Shown here piece after piece: positions 47,589 to 57,750 of a stretch of 64,000 nt of DNA. The notes below the pieces were generated by a model. The model was not told the origin of the DNA. It searched no databases and was given only the letters and a program-made list of their open reading frames with translations. The position numbers and the translations under genes are program-made. Within the stretch, counting starts at the first letter, position 1. Every line of letters starts with the position of its first letter. Source of the stretch: Marispirochaeta sp. (GTDB lineage Bacteria > Spirochaetota > Spirochaetia > JC444 > Marispirochaetaceae); the NCBI GenBank assembly GCA_963676835.2, contig CAXXFF010000003.1:64001-128000 (forward strand). The letters are read 5' to 3'.

Positions 47589-48713
47589 ATGAGTAGAAAA
47601 CGAGTAATCCTTCTCGGAGCAACCGGCTCCATAGGCACCAGCACCCTTGATGTAATCTCAGATTTCCCCGATGAATTTGAAATAGTCGGCTTGTCTGCCC
47701 ACAGCAGGGTGGAAGAACTGCTTAAAATTGCTGGTAAATGGAACGGTGCAAAAACTGCGATAACAGGACAATCCGGGAATATAGATAAGATCGATTATAC
47801 CGGTCCCGACAGCGCAGTACGCCTTGTGCAGGAAGTGGAAGCCGATGTAGTTGTCAACGGAATTATGGGTTCTGCCGGATTAAAGCCTTCAGCCGCTGCA
47901 ATAGAAACAGGAAAAAACCTCGCTCTTGCCAATAAAGAGACTATTGTAATGGCTGGAGATATACTGCTCGCCCGGGCAGCAGAGCAAAAGACAAATATTA
48001 TACCCGTGGATTCTGAGCATGCAGCAATTTTTCAGCTTCTTCGCAACCGTCCGGTAGAAACTGTTCAGGATGTTATCCTTACCGCATCAGGCGGGGCTTT
48101 TCGTGATGCCCCCTTGGAAAAATTGAAAACCGCAACTGTAGAGGAAGCCCTCAAGCATCCTACCTGGGATATGGGAGTTAAAATCACTATAGATTCTGCA
48201 ACCATGGCTAACAAAGGGCTGGAAGTAATAGAAGCCCAGCGTTTTTTCAATATTCCCACCAGCAACATCAGGGTTCTTATTCATCCTCAAAGTTATGTTC
48301 ACAGCCTGATCCGGACGGTGGACGGTATTATGTATGCCCAAATCAGTGCACCGGACATGAAGAACCCTATTATCAATGCACTCTCCTATCCACTTACCCT
48401 GTACAGCGATTTTGCACCGCTGGATCTGGCAGGGAAAAAGATTGAATTCACAAATCCGGACCCCGCACGCTATCCTATGCTTGAACATGCGTTCAAAGCC
48501 TCCGAAGCAGGCGCCTCTTATCCGACGGCTTTTAACGCAGCCAACGAAATAGCTGTTGAAGCCTTTATTCAGGGCAAAATAAGCTACCTTCAAATTGCCG
48601 AAACTGTCGGAAAAACGCTGCAGTCCGACTGGAGTACCAGGCCGGCTGACCTTGAAGATGTGTACAGTATTGACGAAGAAGTGAGGGTTGTAACCCGCGG
48701 CCTTATCGGCTGA
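47589..48713 (+). CDS. dxr: 1-deoxy-D-xylulose-5-phosphate reductoisomerase
   Basis: GATGSIG, LANKE, PVDSEH, HPTWDMG, NKGLE. Confidence 0.97.
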   Translation: MSRKRVILLGATGSIGTSTLDVISDFPDEFEIVGLSAHSRVEELLKIAGKWNGAKTAITGQSGNIDKIDYTGPDSAVRLVQEVEADVVVNGIMGSAGLKPSAAAIETGKNLALANKETIVMAGDILLARAAEQKTNIIPVDSEHAAIFQLLRNRPVETVQDVILTASGGAFRDAPLEKLKTATVEEALKHPTWDMGVKITIDSATMANKGLEVIEAQRFFNIPTSNIRVLIHPQSYVHSLIRTVDGIMYAQISAPDMKNPIINALSYPLTLYSDFAPLDLAGKKIEFTNPDPARYPMLEHAFKASEAGASYPTAFNAANEIAVEAFIQGKISYLQIAETVGKTLQSDWSTRPADLEDVYSIDEEVRVVTRGLIG

Positions 48714-48727
48714 ACAGGAGTTTTCAC

Positions 48728-50080
48728 TTGTCCATAATTAACGGCCTTATCGGTCTTGGTATTGTTATTTTTATTCACGAGACTGGGCACTTTATAGCTG
48801 CCAAACTCTCCGGCATTGAAGTTGAAGCATTTTCCCTCGGCTGGGGCCAACCGTTTTTCCGCTATCAGTATCGCGGGACGGAATACAGGCTCTCGGTCCT
48901 TCCATTCGGCGGTTACTGCAAACTGAAAGGAGAACAGACCCTGCCTGGAGATGATGGGGAGGTCCGCAGTACAGAAGAAGGTTCACTGTTCTCCGTTGCA
49001 CCCTGGAAGCGTATAGCCACCTTTGCCGCCGGACCTTTCAGTAATCTTCTTTTTTCAATTTTTATCCTGAGCCTTATTTGGCTTACAGGTTTTTCCACCC
49101 CTACCTTCGACAATAGAATTGCTCTCATCTCTGATTACGCCTACTATGGAAACACCGACCATGTTTATCCCGCAGATACAGCAGAATTAAAATCCGGGGA
49201 CCGCATAACCGACATAGATGGTCACAAGGTTTTGCATTACCGGGATATACAGGAACTTATCGGAATGAGCCCCGGAGTGCCTGTATCAATTACAGTCAAC
49301 CGAAACGGTACGGACATACAAAAAACAATTACTCCAGAGCTGAATAAAGAAACAGGAACCGGCATGATCGGCGTTTCTGCCTGGATTGAACCGATTGCAG
49401 GCGATATCGCTGCATCATCGCCTGCCTCTGCTGCGGGGCTTATGGATGGTGACCGGATTTTGTCTGTGGATGGAGAGCCGGTAAATAACCAGCTCGACTT
49501 CTTTACCGCCCTCAACAAGCACCCCCTCAGCTTTACCATAGCTATTCTGCGGGATTCGGAAACCCGGGAACTTCGAATTATCCCCGGCTACAACGAAAAC
49601 GGACAACCGATTCTCGGGTTCAGCTTTAAAGGGATTGAACTCCAGAACAAAGCCAGCAGTCCTTTGGATGCCCTGGTGAAAGGAACGGAAGAAACCTTTT
49701 CTACCCTGGTAATGAGCGTTAAAAGTCTTGGCCTGCTTTTTAAGGGAATTGATTTGAATAAGGCCGTATCAGGCCCTATCCGAATAACCTATATGGTCGG
49801 CCAGGTTGCCTCCTACGGCTTCAGCCAGGGAATCAAGACTGGCCTGGTGCGGGTGTTTCAATTTTTAAGCCTCTTAAGCGTGGCACTGTTTGTAATGAAC
49901 CTTCTGCCCATTCCCGCTTTGGACGGTGGTCTGATTCTGCTTAATGTTATAGAGATTATTTTGCGACGAAAAGTATCTTTTAAATTTTATTACCGCTACC
50001 AGATAATCGGTTTTGCATTTATACTTAGCCTGCTTGTTTTAACGACCTTCAGTGATATATTTTACTTTTTTACCAATTAA
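48728..50080 (+). CDS. rseP: RseP intramembrane zinc protease with two PDZ domains
   Basis: HETGH, GGY, AGP, NLLPIPALDGG. Confidence 0.95.
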   Translation: MSIINGLIGLGIVIFIHETGHFIAAKLSGIEVEAFSLGWGQPFFRYQYRGTEYRLSVLPFGGYCKLKGEQTLPGDDGEVRSTEEGSLFSVAPWKRIATFAAGPFSNLLFSIFILSLIWLTGFSTPTFDNRIALISDYAYYGNTDHVYPADTAELKSGDRITDIDGHKVLHYRDIQELIGMSPGVPVSITVNRNGTDIQKTITPELNKETGTGMIGVSAWIEPIAGDIAASSPASAAGLMDGDRILSVDGEPVNNQLDFFTALNKHPLSFTIAILRDSETRELRIIPGYNENGQPILGFSFKGIELQNKASSPLDALVKGTEETFSTLVMSVKSLGLLFKGIDLNKAVSGPIRITYMVGQVASYGFSQGIKTGLVRVFQFLSLLSVALFVMNLLPIPALDGGLILLNVIEIILRRKVSFKFYYRYQIIGFAFILSLLVLTTFSDIFYFFTN

Positions 50081-50100
50081 AAACAGCGGGGAAGTCCATT

Positions 50101-50721
50101 ATGCATGAGAATATTGAACATGAAATAACCTGTTATTGTGAAGCAAAAATAAAAATCAGCCTTCCAGAAGTAATTGATCTTAAAGATAAGCCAGATACGG
50201 TTGGTGAAATAAACTCCGGGGACTTCCTCAAGACTGTCTGCCCTAATTGCGGCACCACACTTAAACCGGAATTTGATCTCTCTTTTAAGCTTAATGGTTC
50301 CGAAGGAACTCTCCGTTTTTTACCGGAAATGGACCGTGAAACCTTTTATAAAGGAAGCATTGACTGCTCAGGCTGCAGTGATCTGGTTATCGGATACCCG
50401 GAATTGCGTGAATATTTCCTTTTAAAAGAGTATTCCCTCTCCCGTTTTCCTGTGGAGTCAATTAAACTTCATCTGCTTCAGAAAGTGCCACAGGGTAAAG
50501 AGGTGGAAATATATTTTGAGAAACTCGATAATCAATCTCTGATTTTTCATGTACTCGGCCTTAAAGAAGATCAGGTTGGTCTGGTCACCGTTCCTGTCAC
50601 AACCTACACTTCCCTTGAACAGGAAAGCAGTATACTTAAAGCGCAGGAACCCTACAGTGCAATGAATCGCAATCCCTATCTTTCAGTTAAACTGGTAAGC
50701 TTTGTGGAGGATAATCAGTGA
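50101..50721 (+). CDS. CpXC-domain protein
   Basis: ITCYC near the N-terminus plus CPNCG. Confidence 0.7.
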   Translation: MHENIEHEITCYCEAKIKISLPEVIDLKDKPDTVGEINSGDFLKTVCPNCGTTLKPEFDLSFKLNGSEGTLRFLPEMDRETFYKGSIDCSGCSDLVIGYPELREYFLLKEYSLSRFPVESIKLHLLQKVPQGKEVEIYFEKLDNQSLIFHVLGLKEDQVGLVTVPVTTYTSLEQESSILKAQEPYSAMNRNPYLSVKLVSFVEDNQ

Positions 50722-52706
50722 GACGCTTCTCATACAGCAATCTACTTCTTCCCCTGATCCTGATTTTCACCATGGCTTTCTCACTTTCTGCCGAGCAGAG
50801 ACGGGTGGTTCAAACCGGACACACCGGTGAGATACGTGACATTCAATGGAGAGAAGCAGGAAATACCACTGTTACAACAGGAAATGACGGCACATTAAAA
50901 GTATGGCAATATGAACATCTGGTGTACAGTTGCCAGGTCAGTCATCTGCCCCTTGCATCCCTGGCGGTTCATCCTTCAAAACCTGTTGCCGTTTTTGTAG
51001 CTACAGACAGTATTAACACATATCGACTAATCGCCTATAACTGGGAAACTGAAACAGAGCTTTACAGCCTCCGTCTTGATGAGCTTCCCCTGGACATCGG
51101 ATTTTCACCGAAAGGAACCTACCTCTATTTCAGCCGTACAGATCAGAAAAGCCTGACAATAATGAACGCCGATTCAGGCGCTCCATTAAATATTGCCGAT
51201 TCAGGTTTCGGCATCGTCTCTTCGGCGTTCATCAGCTCCTCGGAACAGACCCTTGTCTGCTATCTTGCCTCCGGCAGTCTGCTTTACTGGGATATTGAGA
51301 ATAACCGCCAGAAGACAGACCCTATAAGTACCACCAGTAACCTGGACCTTATCGAATTCAGCTATAACGGCCGCTATGCCCTTGGTTATCGCTCCGATTC
51401 GGTATACCTTATTGATCTTGTAAGCGGAAAAACACTCAGTACTCTTTCCATGCCCGGGGTAATATCTCAGGCCATGCACCCTTCGGATCTTAAAACATCT
51501 TTTATCCGTAATACCGGACGATACAGGGAAATCACGGTTGTAGACTTCGGTGACCGCACTTTGAAACAGTCTTTAAAATATGCGGTAACCGAAGCTAATC
51601 CGCTTGTTCTTACCTCTTCTGGGAATCAGTTGTACACGGGCCTTGATAACGGCAGTCTTGGAACGGTAAATACCGCGAGTCAGGACTTTCATACATGGGG
51701 GAAAAATATACTTGCCGACCTGACGGATATCGATCTATGGAACGGGGCCCTGGCAATCAGCAGTTCAGGATCCCTTACTCTTATTGACAGTCAGGAATTC
51801 AGAAATCCATTACCGGGTCTTCCTCAGAAATTTTACACATCTAAAATAGATCTGCCATTTTCCAGTGCTGCAGGGTTTAACCCTCTGGATAATCGGCAGG
51901 GAGTCATCTGGGACAGAGACAGTGCCGGAACCTCGTATCTCTATGATATTTCAACCCATAATTTTGCCGATCTTTTCTCCATCGACACAGCCTGCAAAGA
52001 GATCTATTCCATGGGCAATACGCTGCTGAGTCTGGATCAGAATGGAACGATAATTCTGTATGATCTGCAGGACGAAGAGGTGAAATACCACTATGCGGCC
52101 TCCGGGCTGAGGGATGTAACCTTTATCGATGGGGAGACCATTATTGCCGGCAGAAACCCTTCCAGAAGATTCCCCTCTCCCCTTATGAAAATAAATCTGC
52201 GTACCGGGGAAACAGTTCCCATGGAAGCTTCGGATATGCTTACCTACTCGCTGCATTTTGATCCGCTCACAGACAGCCTTTACACCCTGGGCCTTCAGGA
52301 GAGACGGGGAAGAATAATGACAGTCCTCCGGCAGCTTCAGGGAAAAAACTTCGAGCGGGATCTTCCTCTCCTTTCTTATCCGGGAGAAGACCATAATGCA
52401 ACCTTTGTACTGGACAGCCTGAGAGTTATAACTTCTCTGGGCCATTCGGGAGTACAGATCTCAGGATGGAGCGGCTTTTCCGCTTTGGGACAGGTAAGTC
52501 ATATTCCGGTCAGAATCAGTTCCGACAGCAAAATACTGGCCTCCCAGAACAGCGACTCAAGCATCAGTGTCTGGAATAAAATTAATGGTAACTGGCTGTG
52601 CGATTTCTATCTGTTCAAGGATGGTGAATGGGCTGCGATAACGGCCGACGGGGAACTTACTGCCTCAGAGAACGGAGCTCAATACGTGCGGAGCTTTTCC
52701 CGGTAA
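50718..52706 (+). CDS. Exported WD40/beta-propeller protein
   Basis: Signal peptide, QTGH..DGTLKVW, repeated beta blades; GTGA overlap with the upstream gene. Confidence 0.8.
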   Translation: MRRFSYSNLLLPLILIFTMAFSLSAEQRRVVQTGHTGEIRDIQWREAGNTTVTTGNDGTLKVWQYEHLVYSCQVSHLPLASLAVHPSKPVAVFVATDSINTYRLIAYNWETETELYSLRLDELPLDIGFSPKGTYLYFSRTDQKSLTIMNADSGAPLNIADSGFGIVSSAFISSSEQTLVCYLASGSLLYWDIENNRQKTDPISTTSNLDLIEFSYNGRYALGYRSDSVYLIDLVSGKTLSTLSMPGVISQAMHPSDLKTSFIRNTGRYREITVVDFGDRTLKQSLKYAVTEANPLVLTSSGNQLYTGLDNGSLGTVNTASQDFHTWGKNILADLTDIDLWNGALAISSSGSLTLIDSQEFRNPLPGLPQKFYTSKIDLPFSSAAGFNPLDNRQGVIWDRDSAGTSYLYDISTHNFADLFSIDTACKEIYSMGNTLLSLDQNGTIILYDLQDEEVKYHYAASGLRDVTFIDGETIIAGRNPSRRFPSPLMKINLRTGETVPMEASDMLTYSLHFDPLTDSLYTLGLQERRGRIMTVLRQLQGKNFERDLPLLSYPGEDHNATFVLDSLRVITSLGHSGVQISGWSGFSALGQVSHIPVRISSDSKILASQNSDSSISVWNKINGNWLCDFYLFKDGEWAAITADGELTASENGAQYVRSFSR

Positions 52707-52836
52707 TAACTGCATACGTATAAACCGATTTTTTCCCTGCATGACGTTCGGCTGATCTCTTTTTACGTTCAGCCCTTCAGGTTTTATCTTTTTTGGGGAT
52801 TAATCGAATTTATTTAGTCGTATCAGGTAGACCTGA

Positions 52837-54174
52837 CTAGCCTTTATCGAAGCTTAACGATTCAAACTTGGTATAGTAAGGAATAAAGGCAACCTTTATC
52901 GTGCCTACAGGGCCGTTACGCTGTTTAGCAACAATAAGCTCGGTTTCGATATTATTAACATTTTCTGTCCCCTCTTTTTCTCCCCGATCACGGTGAAGAA
53001 ACATTACAACGTCGGCATCCTGCTCAATGGATCCGGACTCTCTCAGATCCGCGAGGGTCGGTGCTTTACCTTCCGACTGACGGCCCACCTGGGAGAGCGC
53101 TATTATGGGTATATCCAGCTCTCGGGCCAGGGACTTGAGTGACCGGGAAGTTTCAGCTACCTGTTCATGACGGGGTACATTAAATTTACTCTCAGGCTCA
53201 ACCAGTCCGATGTAGTCGATAAATATCGCTTCCACCTTCTCCTGTTGACGCATTCTTCTGGCCTGGGCCCGCAAATCAAGAAGTTTAATATTAGGTGAGT
53301 CATCTATAAATAAAGGGGCCTCATAAATACGACCGGCAGCTTCGGTAAGTTTATGAAAATCAGAAGGTTTCAGCATTCCGGTTCGCAGAATATCCGACCT
53401 GATACGCGCTTCAGCGGCAACAAGACGCTGCATAAGTGCCATATCCGACATTTCAAGGGTAAAAAATCCAATCGGCTTTTTATAGCGTATAGCCATATTC
53501 GAAGCTATGGATAAGGCGAAAGCTGTTTTACCCACCGAAGGACGTGCTCCGATAACAATAAACTCGGATTTCTGAAACCCCGAAGTCATCTTATCAAGCT
53601 CAGCCAGACCACTGGGTATTCCGGTAAAACTGTCTTTGGTATGATAAAGCTTTTCTATTGCCTCAATTGTTTTGGCTATAATTTCACCGGCGGACTTATA
53701 ATGACCGGTGGGATTCTCTTCGGCAATATCAAATATTTTCTTTTCTGCTTCTTCGATTATCTCACGTGTCTGCACGGTATCGTTCTGAGCATCAGCGATA
53801 ATCTCCTGGGCAACATTCAGCAGGTTTCTGCGGAGACTATGCGAGCGGACGATTCCGGCATAGTAGCTTACATTGGCACTTGTTGGGGTGGAGTCTGTGA
53901 GAGTGGAAACATAGGCAAGTCCCCCGGCCGCTTCCAGCTCTCCCTCTTTTCTCAGTTCATCAGTAATGGTAATAAGATCGAGGGTTTCCCCTTTGTTAAA
54001 AAGGGAAACCATTGAATCAAATACTTTTTTATGTCCGGTACGAAAAAAATCCCGACCCCGCAGAAGTTCGAGAACTGTCGGCAGGCAGTCGGGATTGAGC
54101 AGCACCGACCCCAGAACTGCCTTCTCAGCTTCAAGGTTATGGGGTGGTACTGAATCTTTTAAAACTTCGGGCAT
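52837..54174 (-). CDS. dnaB: Replicative DNA helicase
   Basis: PPHNLEAE, ARPSVGKT, IDY, LRESGSIEQDAD, KQRNGP; no intein. Confidence 0.98.
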   Translation of the reverse strand: MPEVLKDSVPPHNLEAEKAVLGSVLLNPDCLPTVLELLRGRDFFRTGHKKVFDSMVSLFNKGETLDLITITDELRKEGELEAAGGLAYVSTLTDSTPTSANVSYYAGIVRSHSLRRNLLNVAQEIIADAQNDTVQTREIIEEAEKKIFDIAEENPTGHYKSAGEIIAKTIEAIEKLYHTKDSFTGIPSGLAELDKMTSGFQKSEFIVIGARPSVGKTAFALSIASNMAIRYKKPIGFFTLEMSDMALMQRLVAAEARIRSDILRTGMLKPSDFHKLTEAAGRIYEAPLFIDDSPNIKLLDLRAQARRMRQQEKVEAIFIDYIGLVEPESKFNVPRHEQVAETSRSLKSLARELDIPIIALSQVGRQSEGKAPTLADLRESGSIEQDADVVMFLHRDRGEKEGTENVNNIETELIVAKQRNGPVGTIKVAFIPYYTKFESLSFDKG

Positions 54175-54180
54175 GGAAGT

Positions 54181-54783
54181 TTACTCTTCCTCGCCGACGT
54201 TTCCTTCTTCTTCTGCTGCGTCTTCCGCTGCTTCCTCATCGATAACTGCATCTTCATCTGCAGCAGCTTCTTCAGAATCTGCGGGAGCTTCAGCAGGGGC
54301 TGCTTTTTTACCCCCGGAAGGCTCAATGGAACCGGTCTTTTCATCCACAATAAGAACAACAAGTTCACCAACGCTGTTTTCATACAGCCGAACCCGTGCC
54401 TTATATTTACCGATCATCTTGATATTGTGCTCAGGAAGGTCAATCTTCTTGCGCTCAACATGTACGCCTTCTTTTGCAAGTGCATCAGAAACGGTTGCAT
54501 TGGTAACTGAACCAAACAGCTTTCCGGTGTCACCGGCGGGCATGGGAATGGTAAGTTCGAGGGTATCAATCCTCTCTTTAAGACCCATAGCAGCTTTCCG
54601 CTTTTCCTCTTTCCGTTTTTCGATAGCATCTTTACGGCGCTCGAACATTGCAGCGTTACCCTTAGTGTAGGCAACAGCCTGTCCCTGGGGAATCAGGTAG
54701 TTTCTTGCGTAACCGGGTTTTACTTCCCGAACATCGCCCTCTTCGCCAAGGTTATATACATCTTCATTAAGTATAATCTTCAT
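54181..54783 (-). CDS. rplI: 50S ribosomal protein L9 with acidic tail
   Basis: VKPGYARNYLIP, KLFGSVT. Confidence 0.97.
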   Translation of the reverse strand: MKIILNEDVYNLGEEGDVREVKPGYARNYLIPQGQAVAYTKGNAAMFERRKDAIEKRKEEKRKAAMGLKERIDTLELTIPMPAGDTGKLFGSVTNATVSDALAKEGVHVERKKIDLPEHNIKMIGKYKARVRLYENSVGELVVLIVDEKTGSIEPSGGKKAAPAEAPADSEEAAADEDAVIDEEAAEDAAEEEGNVGEEE

Positions 54784-54815
54784 ACTAAACCTCTTCTCCT
54801 TTATTTAAGCTCAGC

Positions 54816-55121
54816 TTATTTCTTCACAAAGGGAAGATATGCCAGAACCCTGGCCTTTTTGATTTCAAGACTCAGTGCACGCTGGTGCTTTGCACAGGTA
54901 CCGGTAATTCTTCTGGGAAGAATTTTTCCCCGCTCGGTTACGAAACGGCGAAGTGCATCCGGGTTCTTGTAATCCGGAACTATAGTCTGGGTGCAGAATC
55001 TGCAAACTTTTCTGCGGAAGAAAGGTTTTCCTCCGCCCCGGCGGAATCCGCGTCCACCATCACGGCCTTCATCCTGCCGTCCTTCGTCTCTACCGCGATC
55101 CTGAGTATCTTCTGAACTCAT
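54816..55121 (-). CDS. rpsR: 30S ribosomal protein S18 (Zn-binding type)
   Basis: [23 protein letters not shown]. Confidence 0.97.
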   Translation of the reverse strand: MSSEDTQDRGRDEGRQDEGRDGGRGFRRGGGKPFFRRKVCRFCTQTIVPDYKNPDALRRFVTERGKILPRRITGTCAKHQRALSLEIKKARVLAYLPFVKK

Positions 55122-55255
55122 ATCTGTATTCTCCTATTGATTCGTGTAACATAACAGTACCGGTTTATCGGGTACTGTATTCGGGGATAAGGCCCCGTGT
55201 TTTCAGTCACAAAGACTGAACAGTCCTTACCCTTTCAACCTTTTTAAAATCAGGT

Positions 55256-55717
55256 CTAAAAGGGAATATCGTCCTCAAATCCGTCATCGGCATCACTGCT
55301 CTGGGGCGAGTACCGCTCTACAGGAGCACTTCCCGAGCTGAATCCCTGATTGGAACTCCGCTGGTCCATACCACGGCTGTTTCCACCGCCGCCGCTGCCG
55401 CCAAGGAGCTGAATATTGTTTGCCACAACTTCAACCTTGCTTCTCGGCTGTCCGTCCTGTTCCCAACGGCTCTGCCGGAGTTCTCCCTCCACTGCAATCT
55501 CCTTCCCCTTCATCATGTACTGGGTCAGGTTTTCTGCAGTTTTGCCAAACACGGTAATATCGAAAAAATTTGCTTCCTCGGTCCACTGGTCTCCGGACCT
55601 CTTCCTTCGGTTTACAGCAAGAGAAAGCCGGGCAACCGCCATACCGGAATTTGTATATTTTAATTCCGCATCTCTGGTCAGCCGTCCGATCAATGTTACG
55701 TGATTTAAATTAGCCAT
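55256..55717 (-). CDS. ssb: Single-stranded DNA-binding protein
   Basis: LIGRLTRD, Gly linker, C-terminal DDIPF. Confidence 0.98.
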   Translation of the reverse strand: MANLNHVTLIGRLTRDAELKYTNSGMAVARLSLAVNRRKRSGDQWTEEANFFDITVFGKTAENLTQYMMKGKEIAVEGELRQSRWEQDGQPRSKVEVVANNIQLLGGSGGGGNSRGMDQRSSNQGFSSGSAPVERYSPQSSDADDGFEDDIPF

Positions 55718-55739
55718 GGAGTCTCTCCGGTTTGAATAA

Positions 55740-56021
55740 TCAGGATTCTTTTTTGACGAAAAGGAACTTCAGAACATCCTGCATGAGCTTAAGTTCCCGG
55801 TCGATTTCAACAATCTTATCAGGTGCGGCATCAAGCTCAATATACCGGTAGTGACCGCGGTCAGTTTTCTTGACAGTGTAGGCAAGATCCCGGACGCCCA
55901 TATCGTCGTCCTTGGTGATGGAGAAGCCGTACTTTTCGATAAGTTTTTTCAGGCCCTCGTAACCGTTTTTGTATGCGTCATCCTCCGGGCGGAAGATGAC
56001 CGTAAATTCATACGCTCTCAA
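55740..56021 (-). CDS. rpsF: 30S ribosomal protein S6
   Basis: R.YE...I..P, G.R.LAY, G.Y; SD GAGGAGG points to TTG 56021 as the start. Confidence 0.95.
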   Translation of the reverse strand: MRAYEFTVIFRPEDDAYKNGYEGLKKLIEKYGFSITKDDDMGVRDLAYTVKKTDRGHYRYIELDAAPDKIVEIDRELKLMQDVLKFLFVKKES

Positions 56022-56025
56022 ATTG

Positions 56026-56080
56026 TCCCTCCTCATGGACTATATTGATCCGAATACTCTTGATTCGGATAAAGAGGTCG
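56026..56080 (-). promoter_or_regulatory. Putative S6:S18 ribosomal protein leader
   Basis: Anti-SD CCUCUUU, inner hairpin AUCCGAAU/AUUCGGAU, unpaired CCA just before SD GAGGAGG. Confidence 0.6.
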
Positions 56081-56168
56081 CAGTAAACTACCACAGCCAC
56101 TATTTATCTGTCAAGTCAACTCCTTACTGAGACGATATTTGTAAGGAAGCGCCTTCCCTGGAGGAGAT

Positions 56169-56621
56169 ATGCAGCAGCCCATACGTTTTGAGGAAAATCT
56201 ATACTTTTTGAATGAATATCTCAATGCGATAGAAGCCGGGCTGGAGCTGAAGATAGACGGTCATATCTATTTCGATAAGGTAGTTGAAGATATCTTTTTT
56301 ATTGATGCCACCCTCAACAAACTGTATGCCGCGGTTTCAGGCAACTACCGTCTTGTACAGGCAACAGCCATTTTCAGAAGTATTCAGATAAGTAAAATCA
56401 GGTTTGCAGACTTACTGGAAAGAATCACCCTCGGAAAAACAGGCCTGGAAGACAATTTTACGCCCTTCATTCAGAAACTTAAAGACCTGATCAGTGAACA
56501 CCGTGGTGATGCGGCTAAAATCCGCGACGAATACCTGACAGATGAAAATTCGGCCACACCGCGGGAAGGCATCAGCAGCGAAGAGTATCAGTTTCTCTTT
56601 CCCGACAAAGAAACAATCTAA
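56169..56621 (+). CDS. Hypothetical helical protein
   Basis: 150 aa; SD GGAGGAG. Confidence 0.72.
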   Translation: MQQPIRFEENLYFLNEYLNAIEAGLELKIDGHIYFDKVVEDIFFIDATLNKLYAAVSGNYRLVQATAIFRSIQISKIRFADLLERITLGKTGLEDNFTPFIQKLKDLISEHRGDAAKIRDEYLTDENSATPREGISSEEYQFLFPDKETI

Positions 56622-56635
56622 CCCTTATCAACCCT

Positions 56636-57637
56636 ATGGCTGTCACCATTAAAGATGTCGCCCGATTGGCAAATGTCTCCACTGCAACAGTTTCCAGGGT
56701 TGTCAATGATGACCCTCTGGTAACAGCTTCCACGCGCACCGCGGTTTTAAAGGTAATAGCAGAGACAGGTTATCGACGCAACAGTGTAGCCCGGAATCTT
56801 AAAACATCACGCACCCATACCATCGGTTTTCTCACTCCCGAAATAGCCAACGACTTCTTCATGCACATAGCAGAAGGAGTTGAGGCGGAACTTCAGAAAT
56901 CAGGCTACAGCCTTCTTATTTGTAATACCTCGGAAAGCCGGGATAAAGAAATACAGCAGATAGACCTGATGAGCGACCAGCAGGTAGAGGGTATCATACT
57001 TATTCCATCCTCATCCGACGGGCACCATCTCAAAACTCTTACATCCAGGAACATCCCGTCTGTGCTGATTGACCGCCTGGTTAAGGGATACTCTACGGAT
57101 GCGGTGCTGACCGATAACTTTCAGGGCTCCTACAGCGCTGCAGAATACTTTTTCAGAGCAGGCATCAAACGCATTGCCTATATCGGCGGGAGAAGCGGCC
57201 TCACCACAGCTGAAGAACGCTGGGAAGGCTTCCGCAAGGCACACGTTGATTATGGAATCCCCCTGGACAAAGGCATTGTACGCTTTGGAGATTTTCACGC
57301 CGCAAGCGGCTACACGCTTATCAGGGATATTCTTGCCCAGCCGGACCCGCCGCGGCATATTTTCATTGCAAATTATTTTATGCATACCGGAGCTACCAGG
57401 TATCTTATAGAATCAGGAGAAGCCGGAAGTACCCGTATTCAGACCGCAGGCTGGGATTCCATGGAGCTGAGCCCACTGCTCACCTATTCAACCTTCTCTA
57501 TCAGTCAGCCCATGCATGCCATGGGAAGCATGGCTGCACAGATGGTACTCGAACGAGTTACCTCAGATAAAGTTATTGAACCGCGTGTAGAGCGGCTGAC
57601 CACAACCCTGCTCGAACACTCTCCTGTAATGTACTGA
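56636..57637 (+). CDS. LacI-family transcriptional regulator
   Basis: TIKDVARLANVSTATVSRV HTH plus sugar-binding domain. Confidence 0.95.
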   Translation: MAVTIKDVARLANVSTATVSRVVNDDPLVTASTRTAVLKVIAETGYRRNSVARNLKTSRTHTIGFLTPEIANDFFMHIAEGVEAELQKSGYSLLICNTSESRDKEIQQIDLMSDQQVEGIILIPSSSDGHHLKTLTSRNIPSVLIDRLVKGYSTDAVLTDNFQGSYSAAEYFFRAGIKRIAYIGGRSGLTTAEERWEGFRKAHVDYGIPLDKGIVRFGDFHAASGYTLIRDILAQPDPPRHIFIANYFMHTGATRYLIESGEAGSTRIQTAGWDSMELSPLLTYSTFSISQPMHAMGSMAAQMVLERVTSDKVIEPRVERLTTTLLEHSPVMY

Positions 57638-57661
57638 TATCTCCAGAACAGTTAATTTTTC

Positions 57662-57714
57662 TTGCCAAGCCTCAACTCCTCTGCCATACTGTTAATAAAT
57701 GTAATCGTTTACAT
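57662..57714 (+). promoter_or_regulatory. fucI promoter and LacI-type operator
   Basis: TTGCCA-17-CATACT with TG extension; palindrome ATGTAATCGTTTACAT at 57699-57714 with central CG. Confidence 0.78.
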
Positions 57715-57750
57715 ATTGTACTGATCTGATATCAACAGGAGGCTCCTCTT

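Noticed and set aside
52837..54174. Intein or intron in dnaB (also checked nrdD)
   Set aside because: Lengths are normal and the motifs are contiguous.
53966..54670. 234-aa antisense ORF over rplI/dnaB
   Set aside because: Ser/Ala-rich mirror of the acidic L9 tail.
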